Below, in pieces: positions 1 to 12,262 of a stretch of DNA of 38,930 nucleotides; positions within the stretch are counted from its first letter, which is position 1, and each line of letters starts with the position of its first letter. The position numbers and the translations under genes are program-made. The DNA is taken from assembly GCF_001194135.2 (NCBI RefSeq), contig NC_068991.1, positions 48,738,775-48,777,704 on the forward strand, given 5' to 3'. The notes beneath the pieces were generated by a model. It saw nothing but the letters and a program-made list of their open reading frames with translations. It did no database searches and was not told where the DNA came from. The DNA comes from Octopus bimaculoides (Eukaryota).

Positions 1-53
<53 letters not shown>

Positions 54-105
54 TGTATGTATGTATGTATGTATGTATGTATGCATGTATGTAGGTATAC
101 ATGTA
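1..105. repeat. Compound microsatellite (AT)n-(ATGT)n
   Basis: Direct reading of the sequence. Confidence 0.95.
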
Positions 106-316
106 TATTAGAGAGTATAATAGTGGAATAGTTGTATCTTAAAGATCATAATAAAGATAAGTATATAATATTAGCAATATTGTATTAATAAATAAAGTGT
201 AACTATGATTATTAAAAAGTTTTAAAATGTTTAAAAGTTTTTAGGATCGCTTCGTGAATATACTTCCTCTTAAAATAAAATCTAAAGATAAGCATATATA
301 TATATATATACACAAA

Positions 317-349
<33 letters not shown>

Positions 350-871
350 CATTTATATATATCTTTTTATATATAAAGTGACAAAAAAAGCTCAGCCGAC
401 ATATATGTGTGTGTGTGTCTGTCTGTCTGTGTCCGTGCGTGCGCGTACGTGTACTGAGCGTATTCCTTTCGCTTTTGTGCTGCAAACCCCTATTTTCCTC
501 ATCTTTCATTTTGTCCTTCATCGGATGTTATCATATTTGACTTCGAGTCCTGCTTTTGTTTCTTTTTCGTCCCACACTTATAACCTTCACTTCATTTTAA
601 GAGTTAACTTCGCATGATGATCTTTCTTTTTATTCAATGTTTAACATTAGGATTTCTTGTATTTCTTGCATTTGACTTCTATTTCTTATTGTACATTGAA
701 GTGCTCCCTGTTCCTTTAGTTTTGGTATCCCGTTCTCTAATTCACTTTCAATATTCTTAATATTTCATTCTATTTTCTATTTTCCTCTTGTTATTTCTGT
801 CTCTCACTCTATGTGTGTGTGTATGTGCGTGTGAGTGTGTGTGTGCGCGCTTGTGTATCTCTGAAATTGTG

Positions 872-1030
872 TATGTGAGTGCGTGTGTGTGGTTAAACCG
901 TTGCTCTCACGGTTTCAATATCCTGATTTCGATTTTAAAACCGACGTTGCGTTCGTTCTTGAGCAAAACACTTCATTTCACGTTGCCTCTGTCTACCCAG
1001 TTGTAAACAGACCACCCTGTAACGGATAAC
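872..1030 (+). mobile_element. Degenerate tRNA-derived SINE (head plus CORE-like block)
   Basis: GTGTGGTTAA A-box-like start, decayed B-box (GATTTCGATT), and 'cttgagcaaaacacttcatttcacgttgc', resembling the central block of CORE-type SINEs. Single diverged copy. Confidence 0.5.
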
Positions 1031-1213
1031 ACAATTCTCAGTCACTGTCCTTTAACTAAATTAAAGTGAGCGAAAAATGAACGAACTTCACAAAATCTAA
1101 AGTCCTGAAGTTGAGCTTCATAGCGAATCACTCAATAAAATATCACTTGCAGACAAGAACCGAACAAAATATTGGAAATTCAGATAGCCTAGCTAATAAT
1201 TTCATTTCCATAG

Positions 1214-1294
1214 ATACTGAGCCCTGCTTATTTATCAGCAAAGTTTCTAGGTGTCACATTCTCCTGATGGTGCATGTACAGTAAAATGCTTTCG
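1214..1294 (+). other. Candidate exon (non-coding, or 5'UTR ending in ATG CTT TCG)
   Basis: Acceptor tttcatttccatag and donor CG|gtgagt; 81 nt. All three frames contain stops, but aaaATGCTTTCG ends the segment. No homology recognised. Confidence 0.22.
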
Positions 1295-2375
1295 GTGAGT
1301 TTTAATTATTCCCAACTGCCTTTATCATCTTAAACATGGGTGAGAATGATCGGTCGCATTTTGGTAGTCATGCAAGTTAACTCCCTTGAGTACAGAAGAC
1401 ACATTTGAATTGTAACATCTCTCACCGTAACTGTCTATTGGAAAAGATTTCTCGGCAGTTTACTGAGGATAATATCAACTGAGAAACAACGTCCTTGAAT
1501 GAGTGATGGCAGATGAAATTGACAAAATATTTGGTACCGATTAAAACCAATTCCCATGAACTCACATAAAATGGATTACTATGATCTAAGACACGGCGAG
1601 ATAATCTGTATCACGTATAAATTCAAAATCCAAGAGATAAGCAACTTAACGATATAATTATTTCGTTTCTGAACACATTTAGAAATATATCAATTCTGTT
1701 TTTATGACGTTCATGTGTTTAATGAATTAGTGATCTGAGTGTAGTGTCATTACATAATAAAAACTAACGAAAACAAAAATACAGTTCGTAAGTCCTACTA
1801 ACTACGAACTCACAATCTCTAATTCATTATTAATACTAAGCTGATGTTGAATTGATGTTAAGTTGATGACAAATGCCTATGTAGAATAGCAAAACGACGT
1901 CTTGACAATAAATCTCATAGCTAAAAACTGAATATCCCAAGGCGAAATGTAATAAACTTACGACAGGCTTTGTTTAATTCTATTACTATTGTTATGTATA
2001 ATATCGACCAACTGCAAATCGATTTGACTTCTGTATCGTTTCTATATTAATATTCGTTCATTGAAACTAATGTAACTTCAGCTCTAGATCAGAATCAATT
2101 GACTTAATTTATAAGGCTGACGAATACATGAATATAAACATCGTTATTTGAAATTTCCATTAGATTTTGACAAAATATTATATCATCATTTATTGTATGC
2201 GGAAAGAAACGGAAAGCACGAACTTGAATTATGAATCTTATATACATATCGGTATATTCGCAAACTATGGGTGACAACTGTAAAACTGACATGAGTCTAC
2301 TAAATATAAGAAAAGGCGCACATAATCTTCGAAGCTACGGTGATATTTTTCCTTGTAAACTTTACATGTGTGTGT

Positions 2376-2409
<34 letters not shown>

Positions 2410-2432
2410 CTGTGTGTGTGTGTGTGTGTGTG

Positions 2433-3687
2433 TAAGGTGTTCGGGTTAAATTTGACAGTTTGTATAAGAGGATAAGAAACAATTTCCCGTCCAAATATAA
2501 GGTATTTTTAAAGAATTAGAAAATATCAACTAGACTATGGCTGGGAGATAACAATTTACTCAATGTAGCTACCATCACCTTCCACCATTGCTTCAAAAGC
2601 TCCAGATCATGGCGAATGCGTTCCTCACTGTGTCCCTAGGAAGATCCTTCAGTACCTCCTTTATCATGGTAATCAGCTCGGCATTTGTGTAGGAGACAGA
2701 GCGATTCATGTCTTTCTCATCCACGGCCATATATATGAGCACAACCAAGGCAGTTAGAGGCGTAATTGGAGCTAGTGAAGTCATGGAAGTTCTCTAAGGA
2801 CCACTTCTGACTCTTTATGGACGTATTCTAAGCCGAATTCTGCTGCCACACATAAGGCCTTACAGTAGCAACCCTATCCAGTCAGGGTTTTACCAGTGTC
2901 ACCAGCAGCTTCAAATAGCCATCTGAATTCAGCCTAAGGTCCTGTTCAAAGATGTGGAGCGGCATAGCGCTGCACTCACTGGAAACACACCAAACACTGT
3001 CAAAGTTTGGGAGAACTTAGTTATCATGCTACGTGGGATATCACATGGATATATTGTGGGCGTTGTGAAACTGGTCCTAGCAAAAGTTCTTTTCATCTGA
3101 AAAGAACCAGATCATTCCCGGCTCACCTTGTTCAGAAGCTTCTTTGTCTTCGTGGAACGATTCTCCATGGCTTTGATTGTCAGAATTTGTCCTTTATGCC
3201 CCTTGTGCGAGTGATCGCAGAAGTCTTCATCTAGAGCCAACTTCATGGTGGTGACTCTGATACCCATCTCTCACGCCAAAGTACACATTCCTTTGCTCGG
3301 ATCTTCTTCCACCTTGCCCTACATTTGCGGGATGAATTCTGGCCTGTGGACAGAATCAGAGCGCATGCTGTCTCATTTCCTGCTAGATGCGACTTCATGG
3401 TCTTCGTTGCACCTGTCCATGTCAAGTTTTACAGCCTTTACAGTGTTGATAGTAAATTGAGCAGTAGTCATGATGTCGGCATCTTAATACACGATGCGAA
3501 TCATCACGACACAGGTAACTCTTTTCCCAAATCACAGGTGGCTTCCAATTCTCCATATCAGCTAACTTATTCTCAACTACGAATTTAATATTTATGCATT
3601 TCAAAACCGTTGACAGCTCACCAAGACATCAAGCTGTTTCTGTAAAAGGAGACGTAAAAATCGTGAAATTTAGCCCGAACACACTTG
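2433..3687 (-). mobile_element. Tc1/mariner DNA transposon relic, DD37D/maT-like, both TIRs present
   Basis: TIRs TAAG-GTGTTCGGGTTAAATTTGAC (from 2433) and reverse complement CAAGTGTGTTCGGGCTAAATTTCAC (to 3687). Minus-strand translation with stops and frameshifts gives WFFSDEKNF, RPYVWQQNSA and the C-terminal ELITMIKEVLKDLPRDTVRNA. Flanked on both sides by (TG)n. Confidence 0.88.
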
Positions 3688-3699
3688 AGTGTGTGTGTG

Positions 3700-3744
<45 letters not shown>

Positions 3745-4729
3745 GTTCGTGCATGTGCATGTGCGTGTGTGTGCATGTGCTTGTGCGTGTGTAATTTTAT
3801 ATATAAGTTAATATAGAGGAGTCTTTAGCCAACATTATGTGTAGCAACGAATGATAAAAATTGATCGCCACAGTATGTCTCCGGATGGAAACGAAAAGGA
3901 GACAACTCTACGCCGGTTTCTATTCATGCTGTCATTGTCATCTATACACGTTTGTGCATGCGTTTGAGTATGAATGCATGTGTATGTAAGCAATATAGTC
4001 GTTGATATTCGCACGTCCACACATACAGGCATGTATGTGTAAGCGGGTATGTGTATTTCTGTGTGCATTGTTAGTTTGAATGTAATGGGTGGGTTACAAA
4101 ATAAAGCTGTAACACAAAGATAACTGGATGCAAAATTACATTTGAAACTAATTAATAATATGATGTTCAGATTGACAAAAATGCTTTAGCGTTAATGAGG
4201 ACTTAATGAAGTTGATGATATGCACTTGTTTGTAAGGGACTCTCTTTTATTTCATTACACTGTTTTATACTCTGAAGTGGTACATTTTCTGAGAACTGGT
4301 ATGGTTGGTTGGAATGATATTTAAAATCGGTTTCAGCCAAACAAGCTAATGTAACATGCGAAAATCTAAGTGATTGAGAATCGGCAAATTAAGCTTTTAA
4401 TTATGGACATGTGAGTTAACTCGATAAGAGATTTTATTTTGCTCTTGTTCTTTGTTTCTTGCTGTTGATTTTTGTGTTTTTGTTGGTATTTTTTTTTCTA
4501 CTTTTGTTTTCTTTTTGCTGCATCGAGATAACAACCGAGTGAGACATTGTCGACAAAAAGTTTCTTGTTGACTAATTGTTTCTAGCTAACATTTCCAAAG
4601 TCCTGAACATTAACTTGTTTTCTAATTCATTTTAACAATCATGGTTAAAACGATGATGAATCATTCTGTAAAATTAAATCTTGTTTTCATGCATGTTTCT
4701 TATTTAAAAAAAAAATGTTTTTGCTGTAA

Positions 4730-5152
4730 TTAGACAGCAACTATGCTGGGGCACCGCCTTGAAGAATTTTTACTCAAATTTATCAACCCCGGTACTTACG
4801 TTTTCTTAAGCCTGGTACTTATTCTATCAATCTCTTTGGTCGAACCGCAAAGTTACACCGGTTGTCAAGTGATGATAGTGGTGGGAGACAAACACAGACA
4901 CAAAGAGACACACACACAAACACACACATACACAAACACACGCACACTCACACACGCAACACTCACACAGCAGGTTTCTTTCATTTTCCGTCTGCCAAAT
5001 CGACTCACAAGGCTCTGGTCGACCCAAGACCATAGTAGAAGACACTTGCCTAAGGTGCCACACAGTTAAACTGAATCCGGAACCATGTGGTTGGGAAGCA
5101 ATCTTCTTACGGCAGAGGCTATAGTAGAAGACACTTCCCCAAGGTACCACGC
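4730..5152 (-). mobile_element. Composite SINE family A (tRNA head + CORE-like block + internal (TG)n microsatellite + 3' domain), with an extra duplicated core fragment at about 5116-5152
   Basis: Colinear with copies at 20335-20715, 21502-21740, 13515-13661, 12010-12262 and 33340-33470 (shared 'ggcaagtgtcttctactat' and 'ggcggtgc(c/t)ccagcat'). Confidence 0.85.
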
Positions 5153-5542
5153 TGAAATAAAATGAAACCAAAAGGCGGGAGGGAGTGCAGTTATGAGACT
5201 AAAGCTGAGAAGTTGCAACAGATTAAGATAAATTCTTTACTTGTATATACATAAACATACATCACTCGTACATACATTCACTCACATACAGATACTTATA
5301 CATACATACATATATACATACATACATACATACATATATTTACCTGGATTATACCTAATGGCCTATACCTTCGCGGAAGTACGGACCAAACTCCATATTC
5401 TCTGGAAGAAAATGAGCTGTAAACTTTATACACCCGTCTGTATTCTTCCATCTACTGTTTCACTCCTTATTCTTTCATCTACTATTTTATTCTTTATAAA
5501 CTGTGAATCTCCCTATCTAGAACTTTCATACATACTCACCTT

Positions 5543-5619
5543 GTCTCTGATGACGGAATACCCAATGTACGGACATGCTAGCCTATCAATTGGGGATATC
5601 CCAGAAGCAGCAGTAGGAT
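5543..5619 (+). ncRNA. Degenerate type I hammerhead-like motif
   Basis: gtct-CTGATGA-(long helix II containing cccaat/attggg)-GAAG-cagcag-TA-ggat. Helix I gtct/ggat pairs with G.U wobbles; the core has GAAG instead of GAAA. Confidence 0.45.
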
Positions 5620-5960
5620 TTCAGGTTCATCGTACCCTAATCAAATATTCTAAATGACTTGAGATACTCGTCCTGCCTTGGTTTTTGTTGTCCTTTTTCT
5701 TTTAATATATGTACCTGCTAGATGGGCCTCAGCTATGAATGTGAAACCTAACGGGTGACCAATTATATCACTCACAAAACGTACCTATTCGTTTAGATCA
5801 CCATTGAACAAAATCCCTCATATTCTCTCTCTCTCTCTTCCTCTCTTTACAGACATGTACGATATAGAATATATAGTATATATATAGCAGGTATAGTAGA
5901 ATGAAATGAAGTATTGATTGTCTTATTGAATAAATGAAATATTGAATATTAAATATTAAA

Positions 5961-6002
5961 GTACTAGTATGCTTTCTTGCATTTTAGCAGTCTTCAAGGT
6001 CC
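5961..6002 (-). ncRNA. Degenerate hammerhead-like motif in the PLE 3' flank
   Basis: Minus strand ggac-CTTGAAGA-ctgc taaaat gcaa-GAAA-gcatac-TA-gtac. Lies about 225 nt downstream of the GIY-YIG stop, in sense orientation. Non-canonical core with an extra U. Confidence 0.4.
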
Positions 6003-6226
6003 CATGTTGTGACAGGAATGTTTCAACTGTAGTTGACTGGCTGTCTTTTGTCCTTTATATACATTCCTGTGGACAGCAGTAATAGTTGCTTGGCTATTTT
6101 TAGAGATGATGCCAAACCATTTTTCAATGTTTATTTTTAGAAATGATGACAGCAGTACTTTTTAGAGATTTTTTGTGTTTTAGTTATAGGGATAAGATTT
6201 TTAAACCCCAAATAAGATTAATTTAA

Positions 6227-6336
6227 TCATTTTTTGTTAAGCTTGGGTTTGAATTTCTTAATAAAGTCCTTTTCTCTCAGTTTTCTCTCAATTTCATTCA
6301 GGTTGTAAAGTTTATGAAATGGAAATATCATAAAAG
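6227..6336 (-). pseudogene. GIY-YIG endonuclease C-terminus (inverted copy)
   Basis: FMIFPFHKLYNLNEIERKLREKDFIKKFKPKLNKK*, matching the typical R..E..FI..FKP.LN end of PLE endonucleases. Confidence 0.8.
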
Positions 6337-6337
6337 G

Positions 6338-6674
6338 TTTGACCTTAGCTACGAAAATCAGCCATTCACTGTATCTAAATGCAATGATAGCCGATGCGGT
6401 ACATGCCAATTAATTCATTCCGGCCCATATATGAACACAAAATCAGGGAAAATATTCACAAACACGAACATGAATTTCAAAAGCAGAAATTTAATCTACT
6501 GCATCAAATGCCCAAATTGTGAAGAACTAAACGTTGGCCAGACAGATAATGCACAATCAGAATGCTCGCATGTGCATCGACAACAAATTACAAATCCAGA
6601 AGTCCGCCAAACACCACTGAGTAACCAACTTTTATGATATTTTCATTTAATAAACTTTACAACCTGAATGAAAT
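6338..6674 (+). pseudogene. GIY-YIG endonuclease fragment of a Penelope-like retroelement (Neptune-like Cys linker)
   Basis: CNDSRCGTC...NLIYCIKCPNCEELNVGQT...HRQQITNPEVRQTPLS, then a frameshift/deletion into MIFSFNKLYNLNEI. Confidence 0.85.
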
Positions 6675-6705
<31 letters not shown>

Positions 6706-6719
<14 letters not shown>

Positions 6720-7026
6720 GGCACTCCGTCGCTTACGACGACGAGTGTTCCAGCTGATCCGATCAACGGAACAGCCTGCTCGTGAAATTAACGTGCAAAT
6801 GGCTGAGCATTCCACACACAAGTGTACCCTTAACGTGTACCTTCAGCGTGACGCAGAGTGACAAGGCTGGCCCTTTGAATTACAGACACAACAGAAACAG
6901 GAAGTAAGAGTGAGAGAAAGTTGTGGTGAAAGAGTACAGCAGGGTTTGCCACCAACCCCTGCCGGAGCCTCGTGGAGCTTTAGGTGCTTTCGCTCAATAA
7001 ACATTCACAACGCCCGGTCTGGGAAT
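6706..7026 (-). mobile_element. SINE family B (tRNA-Arg-like head, (CAA)n tail), 5' end lost in N-gap
   Basis: Closely similar to the full copy at 19879-20266. Confidence 0.9.
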
Positions 7027-7247
7027 NNNNNNNNNNNNNNNNNNNNNNNNNNNNNNNNNNNNNNNNNNNNNNNNNNNNNNNNNNNNNNNNNNNNNNNNNN
7101 NNNNNNNNNNNNNNNNNNNNNNNNNNNNNNATATACATATGAGTGTATTATGTGAGTGAATGTATGTACGATTGATGAATATATGTATGAATGACGTATG
7201 TATGTATGTATGTATGTATGTATATATGTACGTACCCGTGCGTGTGT

Positions 7248-7291
<44 letters not shown>

Positions 7292-7673
7292 AGACGAGTA
7301 TCAAAGTATGCTCTCCATCATAAAATTGTAAGTTCAATGACCAGAGTAGAAGATGCGTAGTGCACTTCGGCACAGTACTTTACTGCCCTTTTCTCCAATC
7401 CTCTCATTTGACAAACAGCATTATTAGCGCTAACCGAATGTCACTTCAGAGTCAAGTTAGCACTGCACGACCAAATCTTTCAGGTATGAATAAGAATGCA
7501 TCAAAGACACACACACGCACGCATATGCACACACACACACAACAGACGCGCCCGCGCCCACGCGCACCCAACAGACACACGCATACGCATACACACACAC
7601 TGTTTATTTAACTCTATATCTCCCTGTCTCTCTGTTTCTCTGTGTCGCTCTGTCGCTGTCCTCTCTCTCTGTC

Positions 7674-7819
<146 letters not shown>

Positions 7820-7890
7820 TGGAAAGAGTTATTAGAAAGTTCTTAACCATTCGGCCATACTGTGCTTACAAATACATATAGAAACATATA

Positions 7891-8656
7891 CGAGGTTTGA
7901 TCAATAAGTATCTGTACTGTTGCCATAGTAACAAAGTTAAAGCATGCAGAGTGAAACTTCTTTTCTAAAATTGGACCTTAAACTCTGCTGTGCATGTGCA
8001 CTAAGGTTTAACCTTCTAGTTCACTTCTGCTGTTTACAGCAGGGCTTAGAAGGAAGGTGTGTAGTGTGTGATCGCCGCATTGACCATGACAAAGAAAGTT
8101 GTCATGGCGATAATTGCTCAAGGGCATAAAAATGTTGATATTGACGAACGTTCTAGGAGACCTGCAACCAGCAGAACTGAGAGAAGCATTGCAGCTATGA
8201 GGGAAAATCATTGAATCCGTGATTTATCAGAGGATGTGCAGATTAATTACAGTTCAGTTCAATCCATTATCACTGAAGATTTGGGTATGAGACGCGTGTC
8301 TGTCAAGTTTGTGCCAAAACTGCTTTCAGCTGATCAAGAAGACACTCGGATTTCTCCTTGATTGTGTCGAGAACGATGAAAACTTTTCGAAAACTTTGCG
8401 TAAGCCTCTGAGCAAGTACCGTCAGGATTTGGGCAAAATTTGATGCTGATTCTCTGCACAATTTTCTTTGTCATGCTCAATGCGACGATCACATGCTACA
8501 TACGTTCCTTCCAAGCACTGCTGTACACAGTGGAAGTGAGCTAGAGTGTTAAGACTTAATGCGCATGCACAGCAGTATTTAAGGTCAACCTTTGTCTGGT
8601 GGCTTTACTCTGCGTATTTTTACAACAGTCCGGATACTTATTTTGATCAGACGACG
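7891..8656 (+). mobile_element. Non-autonomous fold-back mariner derivative (about 250-bp inverted arms, TA target duplication)
   Basis: TA|CGAGGTTTGATCAATAAGTATC ... GATACTTATTTTGATCAGACGACG|TA. The sense strand has mariner HTH residues (DLSEDVQINYSSVQSIITEDLGMRRVSVKFVPKLLS). The antisense arm translates MTKKIVQRISIKFCPNPDGTCSEAYAK, a mariner N-terminus. Confidence 0.88.
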
Positions 8657-10262
8657 TATATGCTTATGGAGGTTTTGTTACATAAACACTATAGTGCAGA
8701 ATTTAATAATCACTTCATCATGGGACACCTTGAATATGTTTTCAGTTTGTTTTCATATTAGTGTATTTACAGTGCATCAATCTTCTGGAGACTTGTTATT
8801 CCTAAACTACGTCCATTATAAGCTATAACCATGATAGGATTAACTCAGATTAGGAAAATGATAATCAGTTATCGAATTCATACAGTGCTAATTCTTGTCT
8901 CGAGTCTCCACCTGTTCACCGTTATAAGGACAGTTTCATTCAGAGCTAGGTGGTATGTTAATGCAAGGTCTTTTATAAGGAGGGTAGCAGCGAGGATGGA
9001 AAATGGGACATGAAAATTGTAATGTTTAATAAAGGTACGCTTATTTTATTTTATATTTATAGACTTACTTCTGAGAAATCAGGTGCCTTCACATAAAGAA
9101 TCATACGGATGCAGATTTTATTTTGTTTTAGCAATCATAAAGTAGAAAGGGCCAAAATATTTAATTGATATTTGTTGGTGAGTTCAAGTATTTGTGCAGT
9201 GGAAACGCACCGTGTTGACAGACAACTGACAACCTATCATTGCTTGATATGTGAGAAACATGAAACGCTATCCACCCGGTCACCTGCATAACTCCATGAA
9301 TAATACTGTACAGCAGCTAGGCAAACTGCCGAAAGCAACACATTATATAAAAAGAAACTACTTAATTAGTATATACAGAAGAAAAGAACATTTGTTGCTT
9401 TAGCATGAAGCAATGAGAAAATAAGTTTGAAAAAAAAAAGCAAGCAAAAGAAGAAGTCAAATCCTCAACTGCCAGTATGCTTAACGAAGGTCTATACATA
9501 TCCAGCATATCTAGCGTGTGGGCTTTCCTATACTCAACGATTGTATGCAAGTATATGCACTAGCTTAGTAGAGAGCCAGCAGTTAACACGGACTTCCAAC
9601 AGTAAACTGCTGAGGTAAATATTTATAGCGAACCTACTAGACTATCATTTTATGCCAGGCAAATGCATTTGCATATGGGAATTAATACTTGCCTTAAATT
9701 AATTAAATTTTCTCTTGCTTTCATATTAAGCCACTATACTTTATTCATAATAACATATTTATTAATTATATATCATTACTTTTAGCATAGACGTTCCAAC
9801 TTTATTTCAAGTTAAATTCTAAGATTCGTCATCAGTTCCTAAATTTACTTTCATCACTGTTGTGATAACAACCAGACAGGAAATTCTTTCTACAAGCTTT
9901 GAAAGTTCTAATTATATGGTACATTTATTACGCACCACTTAAATTTCTATCGACAACTATCTCTGGTTAAGTTTATAATTAGTTGTAAATAATTAATACA
10001 TTTTGCATTAAAACTCAACTAAAAAGATAGTTTGAACAAAAATCTACATTATTGCAATTACGACATTTTTTTTTTTTTTTTGGTGTAAGATCAATTACAG
10101 TTTAACCCAAGTATTTCACTAGAGTGTACAATAAAGCTGCTGATCACAACATTTTGGTGTTCAATATACTTAACTCCCATCAACTTACATTGGTAAATAT
10201 CATTGTAAAAACAGTAAAATCTACTGTTATATCTAAGTTATCCAACATTAAATTTTATATTT

Positions 10263-10672
10263 AAACAGTATGTCTGAACACTATGTTTAAACACTATATC
10301 TAAGGACTATCTAAACACTATCTCTAAACACTATACCTAAAATATCATGTCTAAATATTATGTCTAAAACACCATGTATGAAATACTACGTTTAAAACAT
10401 TGTTAAAACTACTGTCTAAAGCACTATGTCAAAACATTATATCTAAACACTATGTCTAAACACTATATCTCAACACTGTTTAAACACCCTCTTTAAAAAA
10501 TATGTATAAAGCACAATGTCTACGCACTATGTATACAAGTGTATGTCTAAAACGCTGTATCGAAAGCACTATAAGGAAAACATTATGTATAAACACTATG
10601 TCTAATACAGTATGTTTAAAACACTGTCTAAATACTAAGCTAAACACTATATCTAAAGCACTAATTAAATAC
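10263..10672. repeat. Degenerate minisatellite, about 13-bp unit AAACACTATGTCT, roughly 30 copies
   Basis: Periodic AAACACTAT(G/A)TCT motif read directly. Confidence 0.9.
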
Positions 10673-11180
10673 TCGATGACCATTCACTGATTACCCAGTG
10701 GTGTCTCCTAGAACATCTTTTCCACGAGTACAGCTAGACAATCTTTCAGTCTGAAATTACCACCTCTAGAACAACCCAGCAATAACCCATTATCACACAT
10801 TTCTACCTTTTCAGTCTGAAGTTAGTATCCTTACAGCAACCCAACAAAAAACCCAGCCCGGCAAAGCCCTTTCTCTCTCCTATGACACTCTATTAAATAT
10901 CCTATCAAATGTTTTTCATTTTCTTTAAAATATGATTTTTAAACAGAAACATTGTTGTTTGGAATTCTCAAGTAAACTTACCATAAATGTGTGTTGAAAT
11001 GAATGGCGAAGCCAGAAGAACAGAATATAAAATATGCATATGTGTACATTACATATTCATATTTCAATACTCATTTCAATGTAATACTTAACTTTCTTTA
11101 TATATACATATAGAATTATGTATAATTTTTTCTTAGTTATAACAATTATAATCACACGATTTGGGAATTCATTTGTTTCT

Positions 11181-11335
11181 TTATTATTAATTTCAAATTT
11201 TGGAACAAGGCCAGCAAATTAGGGGAAGACATTATGTCGATTACATCGGGCCCCAGCATTCAACTGGTACTTATTTTATCGACCCCGAAAGGATGAAAGA
11301 CAAAGCTGACCACAGCGACATTGGAACTCAGAAGA
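11181..11335 (-). mobile_element. SINE family D, 3' half
   Basis: Reverse complement of 'ctttcatcctttcggggtcgataaaataagtaccag...ggccttgt', shared with many copies in the window. Confidence 0.85.
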
Positions 11336-11696
11336 AAGTTCCTCCTTCCCTAAATCTGTTAATTTCAGCCACAATGCGAAGAGATGTAGGAACTTGGTGA
11401 ACTGTTTTCTGACAGTTATCAAACACGTTGTAGCCCACAAAGGTCACTCTATTGACTTAGGCATTTTTCTTTAAATTTAGCAGGTATTTCATCCATTTTA
11501 GAGCCATCAATTTCATTAGTGGTATTATTAATATAGGAGAAAAAGGAATACAAAAACATCTTCCTATATTTGTGTGATCTGTATTTATTACCGCACTTCT
11601 ACTTCTATCTTTACTAGTTTTAGCTTTTACAATATATTTGACGGATAGTAATTTTAAAAATACACTTAATAGGACAGTAGGAGACACGTGGGATGG

Positions 11697-11740
11697 AAGA
11701 GGTGAAGAGATCACAGTGGTGTGACGAAAGATTTCCAGAC
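11697..11740 (+). ncRNA. Decayed hammerhead-like relic related to the motif at 34389-34433
   Basis: GTGAAGA-g-atcac-agtggt-gtgac-GAAA-gatt-TC versus CTGATGA-g-gtcac-agaagt-gtgac-GAAA-gaac-TC. Helix I is lost and C3 is G. Confidence 0.35.
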
Positions 11741-12009
11741 AATAGACATAATCATTTTATTTTCTTGTGTTTATTTTCGTCATTGTCCTGTACCGTTCAT
11801 TAGCTATTCCCAGTAGCATTTTGCTACTGACGTCACCAAGAGTGAACAATATCAACGATAAAAGGTGCGATATTGTAAGGATCTTTTGGGCGTTGACTGA
11901 CGAGGAATTAGCTACAAATTTTCCATTTGTTATGTTTTTGTTAAACTTTGCCTTTGATGTGTTTTTGTTAAATCTTTGAAACATTATATAACACTACCTG
12001 CTTATTATA

Positions 12010-12262
12010 TACATATTATGTGTAAGTGTGTGCGTGTGTATGTTTGCTTGTGACTGCCACCATCGCTTGAGAATCAGTGATGGTGTGGTTACCTCACTGT
12101 AAAATAGCGGTTTGACAAAAGGGACCGATAGAATAAGTACTTGGTTTAAAAAGAATAATTTCTGAGGTCGATTTCTTCGACTAAAACCCCTTTAGGCGGT
12201 GCTCCAGGCTGGCTTCAGTCAAGTGACTGAAACGAGTAAAAAAATAAAAGAATAAAAGAATA
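12010..12262 (+). mobile_element. Composite SINE family A, microsatellite plus 3' domain
   Basis: 'catcgcttgag...gaccgatagaataagtact...ggcggtgctccag...gactgaaac' matches the other copies. Confidence 0.8.

Larger units (their letters stand above)
5960..6674. mobile_element. Penelope-like element fragment with inverted 3' end (GIY-YIG endonuclease, 3'UTR, hammerhead-like motif)
   Basis: The plus strand encodes the Cys-rich linker and GIY-YIG core; the minus strand encodes the GIY-YIG C-terminus and 3' flank. 46-bp inverted repeat at 6291-6336 / 6629-6674 (44/46 identical). Confidence 0.8.

Noticed and set aside
8960-9620. Several splice-like acceptor/donor pairs
   Set aside because: Stops occur in all usable frames or the acceptors are weak; expected by chance.
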